A stretch of 64,000 bases of DNA. Source: the human T2T-CHM13v2.0 reference genome, Homo sapiens. Position 1 is the first letter of the stretch. Each line of letters begins with the position of its first letter. Position numbers and translations under genes: made by a program. The DNA lies in NCBI RefSeq assembly GCF_009914755.1, contig NC_060935.1; one strand, written 5' to 3'. The notes beneath the pieces were generated by a model. It ran no database searches. It worked only from the letters and a program-made list of their open reading frames with translations, and had not been told where the DNA came from. Positions 26,041-39,615 of this stretch are shown in pieces.

Positions 26041-26894
26041 GCACTCTGGAAAATGTCTTAAGCAGATCCGTCATGAATACGACCACAGACTCTTTAGCTG
26101 TGTCCAGACCTGTGCGGTGGACATGCTCAGAGACGTCTCAGAACCTCCATAGCAGAGTTTTCAGAGTAAGGGACCTGGTCAGTTTTGGAAGGGTCTTTCC
26201 ATTCAGTTCGCTGGACAGTGGCCAGGGCAAGGAGAGAGGCCATTCTGAAGCAGCTGTGAAAGCTTCTGTGTGAAAAGAATTGTGTGCCTTTTGTTGCTGT
26301 GGCACCACAAAGTCAGCTCACTGGGGTCTCCTGAAGTTTCCACTAAATCATACATAGGAAGAGATGATTTGTTAATCACTAAACTTAACTCACATAAATG
26401 TAGGCTATATACTTAGGTTAGCCATAGTAATGGCAAGGGGTACAAGTGCAAATGTTAGCAGGGTCCAGGTTGGTAAAATAACAAAGCAAAGCAAGCTGGA
26501 CTCTGGCGTACCAGGAGGCCACATTCTGAAAAAACAGTAGCCGCTCAGCTCTAACTGGTGGTTTCCATCAACTCATGTAGACTAAATACTTCAGTTTTTA
26601 CATGAGAAGTCTTATATCTAGTGTTTCATGTGAAATTCCCTCATTCTTAAATGTTCAGAGCTATTTTAATTTTATTTTAACTGCTGATTTCTCTATTCAG
26701 ATCTCTTGACTCAGAAGCTACAGATGTGGGTTTAGTCCCTATTATTGGATGTAGCACTTGATTCGAGGGAGGCAGATGAGGAGCTTTGTAGCAGGCAGCC
26801 TGGGATGAAATCTCAGCCAGCCCACTTTTCCTCTCGGTAACTGTGACCCAGGGACTCAGCACTGCCCAGCTTCCATTTCATTAGCTGTCAAATC

Positions 26895-27080
26895 GAGAAA
26901 ATAACAAAGTAATTAAGCATTTGCCAAATGCCAGGCACTGTCTTGATTTTTTGCATTCTAACAATGACCCTATGAGGTAGTTGCTATTATATGTTCTCCA
27001 TTTTTCAGATGAGAAAACAGAGATGCAGAAAGTTTTAAGTACTCCTTCAAAGGACTGCAATAATAATAGATGTGAGGCAG
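26895..27080 (-). mobile_element. MIR SINE
   Basis: 'atgccaggcactgt...ctaacaatgaccctatgaggtag...ccatttttcagatgagaaaacagag'. Confidence 0.85.
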
Positions 27081-27679
27081 TTGTGGTGGTTGCAAAGCAC
27101 ATTCTAAGCATTAGTTGTTATTGTCATTATTGAGTATGACTCAGAGAAAAGGTGTTTTTTAAAATCACAGCTGTTGGCAGCTGTTTCTGCCCGGGGGAGT
27201 GGAAACTTTTTTCTTGACATGGCTCTGCATTTTGAAAAATGCCTGGAGAGTCCTCTTAGAGTCTAATGCTGAAGCTTCTAAAGGATTGGCCCAAATGATG
27301 CATCTGGGCAAATTGTGATGTTGAATTGTTCTTCAAAACAGTGGGAGGATTTGGAGGGTCTGGGGATCCTGAGCAGAGGGAATGAGGGAGCTGAGAAGGA
27401 GGAGGGAGGAGGAAGGGGTAAGGAGGACGTTGAAGGGGAATAGCTCAAGCACCATGGTGAGAGCCTGGAAGGACTGGAGAAGGAGATGGTCAGTGAGTGA
27501 TCTTGTGCTTTGAAGGACTGGAGGAGACATTGCAATTATTGACAAATCAGGCTACATGCACTCACCTCTATTGCTGCTGAGCCTTCAGTACAATCCTTCC
27601 ACTTACAAAGGCTGCTTCAGGAAAGCAGAGATAAAAGGGCTGTGTACCTTTGGGTAGAGGTGAGAAAGGGAGATAGTTA

Positions 27680-27850
27680 ATACTTATAAAGCTTTTTCGC
27701 TGTGGCAGTCCTCTTCCAAGTGCTTTATGCTCATTTAATATCAAAAACAACCTCTGAGGAGATGTTCTATTAGCCCGTTTTTACAGATGAGGAAACTGAG
27801 GCAGAGTTACTCAGCTACAACTGACTCCAGATTCTGTGCTCTTAACTTCT
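27680..27850 (-). mobile_element. MIR SINE
   Basis: 'cccgtttttacagatgaggaaactgaggcagag'. Confidence 0.8.
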
Positions 27851-28772
27851 ATGTTATCCTGAAAGAAAGACACAGCTGCCGGAGAGGAGATCCTTGTGAA
27901 AGCAAGGATTCAAAGGAAAGAGATAGTAAGAACAAAAGTGACCAAAAAGACTATAAGCCCCGGAGAATCCCTAGGGATATTGGGAGGCTCAGGGAGGAGG
28001 TTACTTGTTGCTGGTTTTTCCACTATCCTGCTCGGTGGGGACTTGAACCATTTTTACTTAAACATTAAAACAAGATGATCCACCTTCAACTGATCTTTGG
28101 GTGACACTGTTTATTTTCAAGATTCAAATAGGATATCCAAGTAACTAAGGCCTGTCATTCTAAGTCAATTCAGACATGAACCTTATCCTTGACCTGTGCA
28201 GATGAGTGATTAGTATACCCAGGTAGTATGTCCCACTTGTGTTAGCTGCTTCCCCAAGTGTGGGGAGAAGGTGATAACACCTCAGAAGCCTCCTGGGCAT
28301 CGGAGTAAACTTAACTGAGAATGTTCTGAGTGAGGAGGGGAAGAGATCGTTTTGTTATGTAGAGGACTATCAATCACTTTCAAAGATACAACTAATACCT
28401 AGATCTAAAAAGAGAAAATGGTTGAGCAAATTCATCAGGGAGGCTTTGATTTTGTCTGATTATGGGCAGAAAAGAGACAAAACTGTTGCGTGTTTTGAAC
28501 TCTGTTAATTTGTGTAACACATGTTCTACTTATGTTTTTAAAGAGATATAGATCCACATGGTGGCTACTTTTTTTTTCTTATTGATTTGTTAAGCACAAG
28601 CATTGAAATTACTTTTAACTCACAACAACGGAAAAATCTTTTAATGAAAATAGTATCCACCAAAGGTTAAAAAGTTAAGGTTTGTCACAGAGGAAAATGA
28701 GACCGGCATGATCAAAATGCAATGCATGTTGCCCTTAGAGAGATCTGGCAGTCCCCGGATCTGTTTTGTCTC

Positions 28773-28775
<3 letters not shown>

Positions 28776-28812
<37 letters not shown>

Positions 28813-28832
28813 TTTCTCTTTCTCTCTCTCTC
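28776..28832. repeat. (TC)17 microsatellite plus CT-rich tail
   Basis: Read directly from the sequence. Confidence 0.95.
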
Positions 28833-30333
28833 TTTTTGCTAGTAATCTACTAAAGAAGTGTCAAAAACTTATATTTTACTGATGATTCATTATCAAGTTT
28901 GGCTCTGTCGAAACAGCCTCCTTCTTTCTCTAATGCTGTTTTTGTTTCCCAGAATGGAAGCTGAAGGGAAAAATGGCACATGAATTATGACTTCTTTGAG
29001 ATGCCCCCATCCAGTACATCAAGGGTTACTTCCCAAATTCCATTTTCTCTTATCAGGAATGTGTTACTCTTTGCACTTACACACTTTGCATCTGTATTTT
29101 CTGTCTTGGAAATTGCACATGTGAAGCAACTACAAGCGGTGACTGAGCTGAGGGATTGGCATATGTAGTAAGCATTTACAAAGAGAATCAGATCATGTGA
29201 CCTCAAAAAGATGAGCTTCTTTTAGGTGGGATTTTGTTAGACCAATTGTGGTGAGCTCAAGTAGAGCCAAAAGGGAGGAAAGAGACTCAAAGTGAGAAAA
29301 GGGCACTTATGGAAGCTCAGAATTAAACAAAGAAGTCTTTTTGAGTATTAAGAAATAAAAACAATGGATCCAGAGCCATGGAATGGTGCCCAGGGCCCCC
29401 AAAAGCTCATTTGCTTTTAAGATTGTTTAGGCTTTAATTAGTGAAGCCTTGCCCAGAAGGATTAAAAATCTTGAACTTTGAAAAAGAACAATTTGCAAGG
29501 CCAAATGGGAAGAAGGCTGAGTGGATACAGATGGCAGTATAGAACTCACAGCTTGTTTAGTCAAGGATTAGAACTCTGAGCTCTGAGGTGGGGCTGGTAG
29601 TTTTATTTACAAGAAAAGTTCAGACCACTTTATTCTGCTGTAGGCATGAGATAAAACCTATCATGAAGAAACTTACAGAAATGATGTCCCTCTGTTTGTC
29701 GTTTTAATCTTTCTACATTTATCAAGCATCAATAGCTCACATTTTCCCCTACTTTCAATGCTCCAAAGCATATTGAATTCTTTACAATCCCTCCAAAGCC
29801 CAAACTATTTTATGTGTCTAAACCCTCCGCATAAAAATATTTTTTTCTACCTCTACCTGTAAACTCCCATGAATCCTTTAGAAACATATCCACTCATATC
29901 CTCTTCTCTGAAGATCTGTCTGAATCTTGCAGGCAGTGGATCATGTTCTCCTTTTTGTCATCTACTTAAATTCACCTGTGCAGTTGCACTTATCACTTTG
30001 TGTTGCATTTATTTGGTAACATGTAGAATATATGCAAAAGAATGCATATGGAATATATGTACATTTTAAGTACAATAATTTTAAAACACCTATGTACCAA
30101 CCAAACAGCTTAAGTTATTGCCAATAACTTAAAATTCCTGCATGACTCACCCATCCCTCTGCCTACTTGCTCTGAAGTGGAAACTGCTGAAGAAATTTTA
30201 TGTTTATTCTAACCTCGTTTTTCTTTCTAATTTTACCACATATATTCGTGTTCCTAAACAATGTAGTGTTTTGAGTTGCCTATTTGGAACCTAATAATGT
30301 GATATTAGGATTCATCTATATGGATGATTGAAT

Positions 30334-30572
30334 CATGCTTTCTTAATGGGGGTGATACCGCCCTCAAGGGTTAAAATTTGATTCATAATGTGTACAGCAA
30401 AGTTATATATATGATCTATATCTTAATCTTAATGTATACAGCAAAGTTGTATATATGATCTATAAATATGCAGTTTGTCTGTGGCATTAAAATTTCACCC
30501 AGGGTTGTTCAGAAAAAATACCTAAAAAGACTTCATAGGGATATGATATAAAAAAAAAAGATTGGGAAACAC
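30334..30572 (-). mobile_element. MER112 MITE with an internal tandem duplication
   Basis: 'catgctttcttaatgggggtgataccgccctcaaggg...gtggcattaaaatttca...gattgggaaacac'. Confidence 0.75.
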
Positions 30573-30703
30573 AAGTATGGGTCATATATTTTTATTGCTG
30601 TATAATATCTCATCAGATGACTAAACCACAATTCATCTATCTATTTTAATGATTATGGATATATGGGTTGTTTCAAATTATTTTTATTATTAAAATGGTG
30701 TTG

Positions 30704-33670
30704 TGCTCATAAACTTGATAGCCTAGATGAAATGAACCAATTGCTTAAAAAACACAATCTACCAAAACAAACACAAAAATATATAAGTAATCTGAATAGG
30801 TCTACATTTGTTAAAGAAATTAAATCAAACATTAACAACTTTCCAAGACAGAAAGCACCAGTCCTAGATGGGTTCACTGGTACATTCTACCAAATATTTA
30901 AGGAAGAAATTGTACCAATTCTCTACAACCTATTTCAGAAGATAAAAACAGAGGGCATACTCCCTAATACTCTATGAGGCAAACGTAACCCCAATACCAA
31001 AACCAGACAAAGATACTACAAGGAAAGAAAACCATAGACCAATATCACTCATAAACATAGATGTAAAATTCCTCACAAAATATTAGCAAATCAACTACAA
31101 TAATGTATACAAAGATTTATCCACCACAACCAAGTAGAATTTATCCCAAGTATGCAAGGCTGGTTCAACGTTCAAAATTCCATTATTGTAATACATAACA
31201 TCAACAGTCTAAAGAAGAAAAATCACATGGTCTTATCAATGGACACAGAAAATTATTTGACAAAACCCAACATCCACTCATAATAAAAACTTAATCAGCA
31301 AATTAGAAATAGATGGGAACTGCCTACATTTGATAAAGACCAACTACAAAAATTTACAGCTAAAATCATACTTAATGGTGAAAACCTCAGAACTTATCTG
31401 CTACGATCAGGAACAAAGCAAGGATGTCCCTTCTCATCACTGCTTTTCACCATTGTACTAGAAGACCCAGCTAATGCAATAAGACAAGAAAATGAAATAA
31501 AAAGTATACAGATTTGGAAAGAAGAAATAAAACTTCCTTTGTTCACAGATGACATGACAGCCTTTGTAGAAAATCTGAACTGATTTTTAAACATTATAAA
31601 ACTAAGTGATTATATGATTTTCTAGAACTATAAATGCAGCATACAAAGTTAATATATAAAAGTCAACTGCTTTCCTATATGCCAGAAATGAACAAGAAAA
31701 TTTGAAATTAAATCACATGACCATTTATATCAGCACCCCCCAAAATGAAATATTTAAGTAACATCTAACAAAATATGGACAAGATCTATATGAGGAAAAC
31801 TACAAAACTCTGATGAAAGAAATAAAAGAAGAATGAAATGAATGGAAAGATAGTTTGTCTCCATGGATAGGAAGACTCAATAGTGTAAAGATTCAGTTCT
31901 TCCCAAGTTTATCTGTACATCTTATTTATATAACTCAGCAAGTTATTTTGTGGATATCAACATACTGATTGTCCAAAGTTTATGGTCAAAGGGCCAGAAT
32001 AGTCAACTCAATATTGAAGACCAAAGTTTATGGTCAAAGGGCCAGAATAGTCAACTCAATATTGAAGAACAAAGTTTAGAGAACTGACATTACCTGCCTT
32101 CAAGATTTGATATAAAGCTACAGTAATCAAGACAGTGTAATATTAGCAAAAGAATACACAGATAGATCGATAGAACAGAATAGAGAGCCCAGACATAGAC
32201 CCACATAAATATAGTCAACTGATTTTTGACAAGGAGCAAAGGTAATACAATAAAGCAAAGATAGCCTTTTCAACAAATGGTGCTACAACAACTGAATTTC
32301 CATATGCAAAAAAAAATCCTAGACATAGACTTTACACCATTCACAAAAATTAACTCAAAATAGGTCATAGATCTAAATGTAAAACTAAAAACCATAGAAC
32401 TTCCAGAGGATAACTTAAGAGAAAATCTAGATGACCTTGGATATGGCAATAATTTTTTAGATATAAAACCAAAGTCATGATCCATGAAAAAAAACTAAGC
32501 TGTGCTTTATTAACATTAAAAGCTTCCACTCTGCAAAAGAAAATGTCATAATTAATTAGATGACAGCCTGGGAGAAAATATTTGCAAAAAGATACATCTG
32601 ATAAAGAACTGTTATCCAAAAAATCTACAAAGAACCCATAAAATCAAAAGATAATGAACGACTTGATGTTATAAATGGGCAAAATACATGAACAGATATC
32701 TCACCAAAGAAGATACACAGGTAACCAAGAAGCATATGAAAAGATGTTCAATATCATATGGCATTAGGGAATTGAGAATGAAAACAACAATGCAATTCCA
32801 CTACACACCTATTAGAATGGCCAAAATCTAGAGTATTGACAACACCAAATGCTGGCAAGAATGTGGAGCAACAGGAACCCTCATTTATTGCTGGTGGGAA
32901 TACAAAATGATACAGGCATATGGAAGATGATTTTGCAGTTTCTTACAAAACTAAGATATTCTTATCATCTGATCCAATAGTCATGCTGTTTGGTATTTAC
33001 CCAAATGAGTTGAAAACTTATGTTCATAGAAAAACCAGCACTAGGATGTTTATAGTGGCTTTATTCACAATTGCCAAAACTTGAAAGCAACCAAGATGTC
33101 CTTCAGTAGGTGAATGGATAAGTAAACTGTGGCACATCCGGACAATGAATATTATTCAGCACTGAAAAGGAATGAGCCATCAAGCCATGAAAAGACATAG
33201 AAGAAGCTCATATGCATATGTAAGTGAAAGACGCCATCTGGAAAGGCTACATATGGTATGATTTTAACTATATGTAATTCTGGAAAAGGCAAAACTATGA
33301 AGACAGTAAAGAGATCAGTGGCTGATGTGTGTTTGAGGGGAGGATGGATCAATAGGGAGAGCACAGAGGATTTTTCAGGCAGTGAAGCTACTCTATATGA
33401 TATTAAAATGGTGGATACATACCATTACAGATTTCTCAAAATGCAGAGAATGTACAACATCAAGAGTGAACCCTAATGTAAACCATGGACTTTGGGTGAC
33501 AATGATGTGTCAATGTAGGTTTATTGATGATAACAAATGTTCCCCTGGGGTGCAGGACATTAACAGTGGAAAAGCTGTGCCTGTGTGGGATCAGGGAGTA
33601 TATGAAAACTCCATACCTTCTGCTCAGTTTTGCTCTCAACATAAAACTGCTCTAAAAATAAAGTATATTT
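30704..33670 (+). mobile_element. L1MC1-like LINE, 5'-truncated (ORF2 RT region through 3'UTR)
   Basis: ORF2-like peptide LDSLDEMNQLL...DGFTGTFYQIFKEEIVPIL; 3'UTR 'gagtgaaccctaatgtaaaccatggactttgggtg...aaaactgctctaaaaataaag'; near-TSD aaaatggtg / aaaatgttg. Confidence 0.92.
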
Positions 33671-34297
33671 ACGAAAATGTTGCATGGACATTCTTGTACA
33701 CAGCTACTGGTGCATATGTGCATCAGTTAATTTAGGGAATGCCTAGAAAATGAATTGATTGGTTGTATGGCATATGCATATCCAAATGTACTGGGTTATT
33801 CACAAAAATTGTTTCAATTTACATTCCCAACAACAGTGCATAAATCCTCTTTACTGCACCTCCTCACCAATGTTTGGGATTGTCATGTGTGAAAATTTGT
33901 CATTCTTGTGGTTGTCAACAACAAAAAAACATGTTTGGGATTTAGTCTATTATTAATAAAGTAGAGCATCTTCTCATATGTTTATGCCAGTGCAAGTTTC
34001 TTCCTCTGTAAAGTACTTATTTATTTATTTTGTCATTTTTGGTAGGGTTGTTTGTTTTATTGATGGGTAGGAATTATTTATGTTCTGAATATTGTTCCTT
34101 TGTTGCTAATATATGTTATAAATGCCATTTCCAGTATATGTCCTTTTTTCATTCTATTATGCTTTTTAGTGAACAAAATTTCTTAATTTTAATGCAGCTG
34201 AATTTACCCTTTTTTTATTTTTTATTAATATCTGCTTCTGTTTTTGACATTTTCTGTCCTCTACTTTTGTTGGGTTTAGACTGTTGTTCCTATTTAA

Positions 34298-34522
<225 letters not shown>

Positions 34523-35207
34523 CAACATTCTTAATTTTAATCCTTCCTTTTTTTATATAGAAATTTATAAGGCATTAAATTTTCCTAAAATACTACTTTA
34601 TTTTTTCTATTATTTTTCAGATACAAGTATTTTAAAATTTCTATTGTGATTTCCTCTTTACTCAGGAGGTTTTTTTTTCTCCCAAATGTATGAGATTATT
34701 TTAAATGCCTCTTTGTTATTGATTTCTAACATATTGTGTTATTGTTAGGAATGTGGGCTGTATGATACCCTTTGAAATTTAGTAAGCCCTCTTTTATTGC
34801 GTAAAATGTGATCTGGGATCCATGTGTGCTTGAACAAAATATGTATTCTTTTGTTATTGGTGTGATGGCCTTTGTATGTCTACTACATAAAGTTTCTTAA
34901 TTGTATTTTAGAAATCTATATTCTTATTCCTGGAGAGCATGAGCTATCACTTACTGAGAGAAATGTGCTAAATATATCCCATTTTAATAGTGATTTGTCT
35001 GTTTTCTTTGCAGTTTTATTAGTATTTGCTGCATATAACTTGGTAGATTATTAGGTACATACTATTTAGAATTTTGTTATATTTTCTTATATTGCATGAT
35101 TGTATTATGTTATATGTTTATCTCATGCATGTTTTTTGTCTGAAAGTCCGTGCTGTCTAATGTTAACATAATTATACCATCTTTCTTTTTGCCAATATTT
35201 GTCTAGA

Positions 35208-35610
35208 GCATCAGTAGGGGTCGAATTAGAAAAACAGAAACCTCCTTAAATATCTAAACATAGAGAATTTAATTCAGGAAATGGGATACACAAATGATAG
35301 GCATTCAGAGAAACTCAGCGGGGATGGTGAAGCAATGTAAAGATGAGCAACAGCAAGAAGTTGCTACCATGAAGCGGGTGGGGAAACAAAGGTGAGAGAA
35401 AGTGATAGTAGAGCCCAGGAGTCATGGTCACCCACATTACCTAGAACCACAGAGAAGCTGTAACAATGCAGGAAAGACCTCTGGAGCTGGAGACTCCCTG
35501 AAAGAGAGGAAACCCCTGGGCACGGTCTTCCACTGATAGTCCAAACTCAGCCTCCCATTGACGGAACTTAGACGGAAACCAGTTGACCTGGGGAAAGCAG
35601 CTATTGGGCA
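35208..35610 (-). mobile_element. Ancient LTR (LTR78-like)
   Basis: 'catcagtaggggtc...acagaaacc...gaatttaattcaggaaatgggatacaca...cctcccattgacggaact'. Confidence 0.45.
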
Positions 35611-35889
35611 TCAGCATCACTGAGATTTGCTCAGTAGGAGCCCCTTCACACTGGCTTCTATGTCCTTTTGACATGTCCCTAGTATTCTTTGAGCACTTTC
35701 TTACTTAATGGCACAAAAAAGATGTTTCAGGCTCATCTTGTTCTTTCCTTGCGGCCCTGCAGGAGACCCTCTCATCCAGCTCAGCTGGTCTTATGCAGGG
35801 CCGCCATCCTGAGCAGAGACTCCTCCATCACTTGGACTCTGGGACCTCTTGCTCCTCCAAAGTCTAAGGGGGAAACGGGGTCCAGGACC

Positions 35890-35987
35890 TTTTTTTTTTT
35901 TTTTTTTTTTTTGAGACAGAGTCTCGCTCTGTCACCCAGGCTGGAGTGCAGTGGTGCAATCTTGGCTCACTGCAGACTGCAGCCTCC
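35890..35987 (-). mobile_element. Severely 5'-truncated Alu (~75 bp of right arm plus poly-A) with 13-bp TSD
   Basis: TSD tccaggacctttt at 35881-35893 and 35985-35997. Confidence 0.92.
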
Positions 35988-36519
35988 AGGACCTTTTCAA
36001 ACTTTCTGTATCCTGATGTTTCAGGTCTGGCCTGTGAACTGCATATAGTTGGAAGTCTGTTTTTATGTCCAGTCTAATTATCTTTATCTTTTAATTAGAT
36101 AATTTGAATCTTTTTCAATGATTTTGATCCCTAACATATTTAGATTAAATTCTACCAACATATTTAGCACTTTCTATTTGTCTCTTTTTGTTTCTTTGCT
36201 TCTTGTTTTGTTCTTTTCTTGCCTTCTTTTGCATTGTTTTAGTTTTTCCTTCTTATTCCATTTTTTTTCTACTAGCTTTGATGTTACACACTCGATCTCT
36301 ATCCTTTTAAGGATTAACCTCAAATTTTCAACATGCATTTTAGTTTAACAAGCTTTAAAAATAAAGCTCTACCTTTTCTACTTATTTTCCCATTTTTCCC
36401 TCTGTTTCTCTCTTCTTTCCTCCTCTTCTCTCCCTGCTTCTTCCCTTTTTTCCTTCCCTTCCTTTTCCTTTCATTCCTTTCCCTTCCCGAACAATTTACT
36501 CCTAAATCCATTAGGTGGA

Positions 36520-38225
36520 CCCAGGAAGCTTGGAATCCCCATCAGAGTGAAGGTGGCAGAGCACAACTGGGGTGAAGAAGGTATCTACATGGAGTGAGCA
36601 GGGCAGCCCCACTTGGCATGGAGTGTTAGAGCTGTGTTTGGGGATGAGGTTGTCTATGCAGGAGGGTTGCCCGGGCATGATGTTGGAGCCTGTTCAGGGT
36701 GGGTGAAGCAACCTCATGGAAGGGCAATGTGATGAGGAGTATCAGAGCTTGAGTGGGGGAGGTTGTGTGTACTCTCCAGAAAGTGACCTAAGCAGAGCAA
36801 GGAGATTTCCGTGTGGAGGTTGGAGAAGGTTCAGTGATAAAGGCAGGCTTCTGGTTCAGGGTATGGAAGCTCAAGAGGGGTGAGGAGAATACTCATGTGG
36901 GAAGGCAGCCTGTGGGGGCGTTGAAGTCCGAGTGGTGATGGAGAGCTGCTGATCAGGTTGGTGGTTCTGCATAAGGGGAAGGAGCCAGAGCAGGGTGAGG
37001 GAGATCTTCCCATGAGGATTGCAAGGAAGGAACAAGGTGACATCTTTTTCATGCCATAAAATAAGGAGTTATTCAAAGAATGCTGTGGACATTCAAAATA
37101 ACACAGAAGTGCACCTGATGGAACTCTCATTGATAAAACCAAGGACAATTTGAGCATCAAATTAAGTAAGGGGAATAATGGATTATAACCCATTTAATAA
37201 AATAGACATGAGTCAAAATGAAATACAGATGCTCCTCAATTTATGATAGGGCTACACCCCAATAATCCTACCGTAAATTGAAAATACTGTAAGTTGAAAA
37301 TTCATTTAATGCACCCAAACTCTTGAACATCATAGCTTAGCCTAGCCTACCTTAAATGTGCTCAGTCCACTTATATTGGCCTACAATTTGGCAAAATCAC
37401 CCAATAGATAGCCTATTTTATAATAAAGTATCAGCTATCTCACATTATTTATTGAATACTATACTGAAGATGAAAAACAGAATGGTTATATGGGTACTCA
37501 AAATACAGTATCTATTAAATGTACATTGTTTTCCCACCATTGTAAAGTTGAAAATTATTGAGTCAGGAAACTTATTTACATACATGCATGAAAATTTGAT
37601 GAGGAATGAGCTATTTTCATGGTTTTATTATACATTCTATCAAGTACTAATTAACTACGAAGGAAAAAAAAAAAGAATAGCTTTTCCATAGTGGGTGGAA
37701 AAGCCAGGCTGATATCACCTCAACCAAGGGGTCAGATTTAGCATCTTCAGAAAGGGACAGCCACTTAACAGGATACAATGAGAACACAGTAGTTTGTCTA
37801 TGCTATTTCTACCAAACATGCATTAATTTAAATCATGAGAAAACATCAGATAAATCCAAATGAGGGACATTCTACAAAATAACCAGCCTATAATTTTCAA
37901 GTGTCAAGGCCACGAAAATCAGGGAGAAAAAATATATTAACTTAAAGAGATGTGACAACTAAATGCAGCATATGATTGTGAGCAGAATCCTTTTGCTATA
38001 AAGAATATTATTAGGGCAATTGGCAAAATTTGAATAGGTGTAAGGATTAAATATAGTAATGCATTGATGTTCATTTATATTCTTGTTTGTAGGAATCACA
38101 CACCTAATTATTCATGGGTCATAGGACATCCAGTCTGCAACTTACTTTCGAATGGTTCAGGGAAAAAAAGTTACTTATGGTGTCCTTACAACTTTTCTGT
38201 ATGTTTCAAAATAATTTTAAAAAAT
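36520..38225 (+). mobile_element. L1MC4-like 3'UTR (G-rich subunit region and tail) split by MER47A
   Basis: 'ggacaatttgagcatcaaatta', 'atcatgagaaaacatcagataaatccaaatgagggacattctacaaaataacc', 'ctgcaacttactttcgaatggttcag'. Confidence 0.8.
37224..37580. mobile_element. MER47A TcMar-Tigger MITE
   Basis: 'tacagatgctcctcaatttatgatagggctac...catcatagcttagcctagcctaccttaaatgtgctcag'. Confidence 0.85.
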
Positions 38226-39615
38226 CAATATATTTCCCCTTTTTGGATCATTTTGAGAGAACTTAGAAAACTACATTAACTCCATTCATCTCCCTCCTGA
38301 CTTAAGTGCTACTTTCCAGGGTTTTCATTTTATCTTTATTTTGTTTTGCCCGACATATTAAACATTATTATTACTTTATACATCAATGTTTCTTTCAATT
38401 TTCCCATATTTGTATATTTTCTTTGCTAACAATTACTTCTAACATCATAAACTTTCCTTTTAGGATTATATTTACTCTCTCAGAAGTCCTGTAGGAGTCT
38501 CTATTAGTGAGAGAGCATCTATTGGGTGGCATGCACTGCTTTTATTTACCTGAAAATGTTTGTACATAACCTTCATTTTTGAAATAAAATTGTAGAAGTT
38601 ATAGAATTCTAGAATAACATGGTTGTCTTTCAGCATTTTGGTAATATTGATTTTCTGTCTTCTGATTTCTGCTGTCACTTCTAAGAACTGTGCTGTCATT
38701 TCTAGTGGTTGTGTCTTTGTAGTTGTCTTTTCTTTCTAGATAGTTTTAAGGTATTCACTTTGTCTTGGGTATTCTGAAGTTTCAATACAAAGTCCACTTG
38801 ACTTTCTGAATTTGATTATTGGTATCTTTCATAAATTCTAGAAAAATAATATCAGCTATTATTTTATTGAATATTAGCTGTCTCCAATTCTCTCTATTAG
38901 CAATTCTGGAACTACACTAGACATTTATTGAACTCTTACAATCTGTCTTCCATGTCTTTTCAATTTCTCTCACTGTTTCCATCTCTTTGCATTCTTCAAA
39001 ATTACTATACTCTTTTATTTTTTAAACATATTAAATGATATCATTTTATATTCTGCATCAGATAACCCCAACATCTGTAGTTTTGGCAGTTTAGATTCTA
39101 TAGTTTGTTGTTTCTACTGATTTTTAATAATAGTGGTTTGTTTAGTCATGCATTCAGTCATCTTTTATTGTTTGCTCATGTTCCTTAGAACTATTATCCA
39201 TGGTAATCCTCTGAAGCCTGATTTTGAAGTCTAATCCTCCAAATAATATTTCCATTGTTTTTGCCAGACAGCTTTGGGTATTGTTACCTGAGACCACTTT
39301 AAATTATTTATTAATTTAAATAAATAAGTTATTAAATTAATTGTGATGTTTCAGGCCCAAACCTGATAGAATGTGGGCTTATGGTTGTAGATTCATAGGA
39401 GAGACATTTCTCCCACTTGTAACCAGATCCAAGACCTAGAAATGCATATATTCCTATAACATTTCTTTTCAAAGTTCACTTTTACTTATTTTTCTAGTTT
39501 ACATGCTGGAGGTATTATTATACAAGGTTTATACTGGCTTTATGTCAGAAGCCAGAAATTCTTCAATCCCTTTTCCTCCCATCCTTCTGCTGTTTTCCAT
39601 ATCATGGAAGCCTTC

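Noticed and set aside
26107-26138. p53-like half-site GGACATGCTC
   Set aside because: No adequate second half-site
26202-26222. REST/NRSE-like TTCAG...GGACAG
   Set aside because: Core CACC positions mismatch; too degenerate
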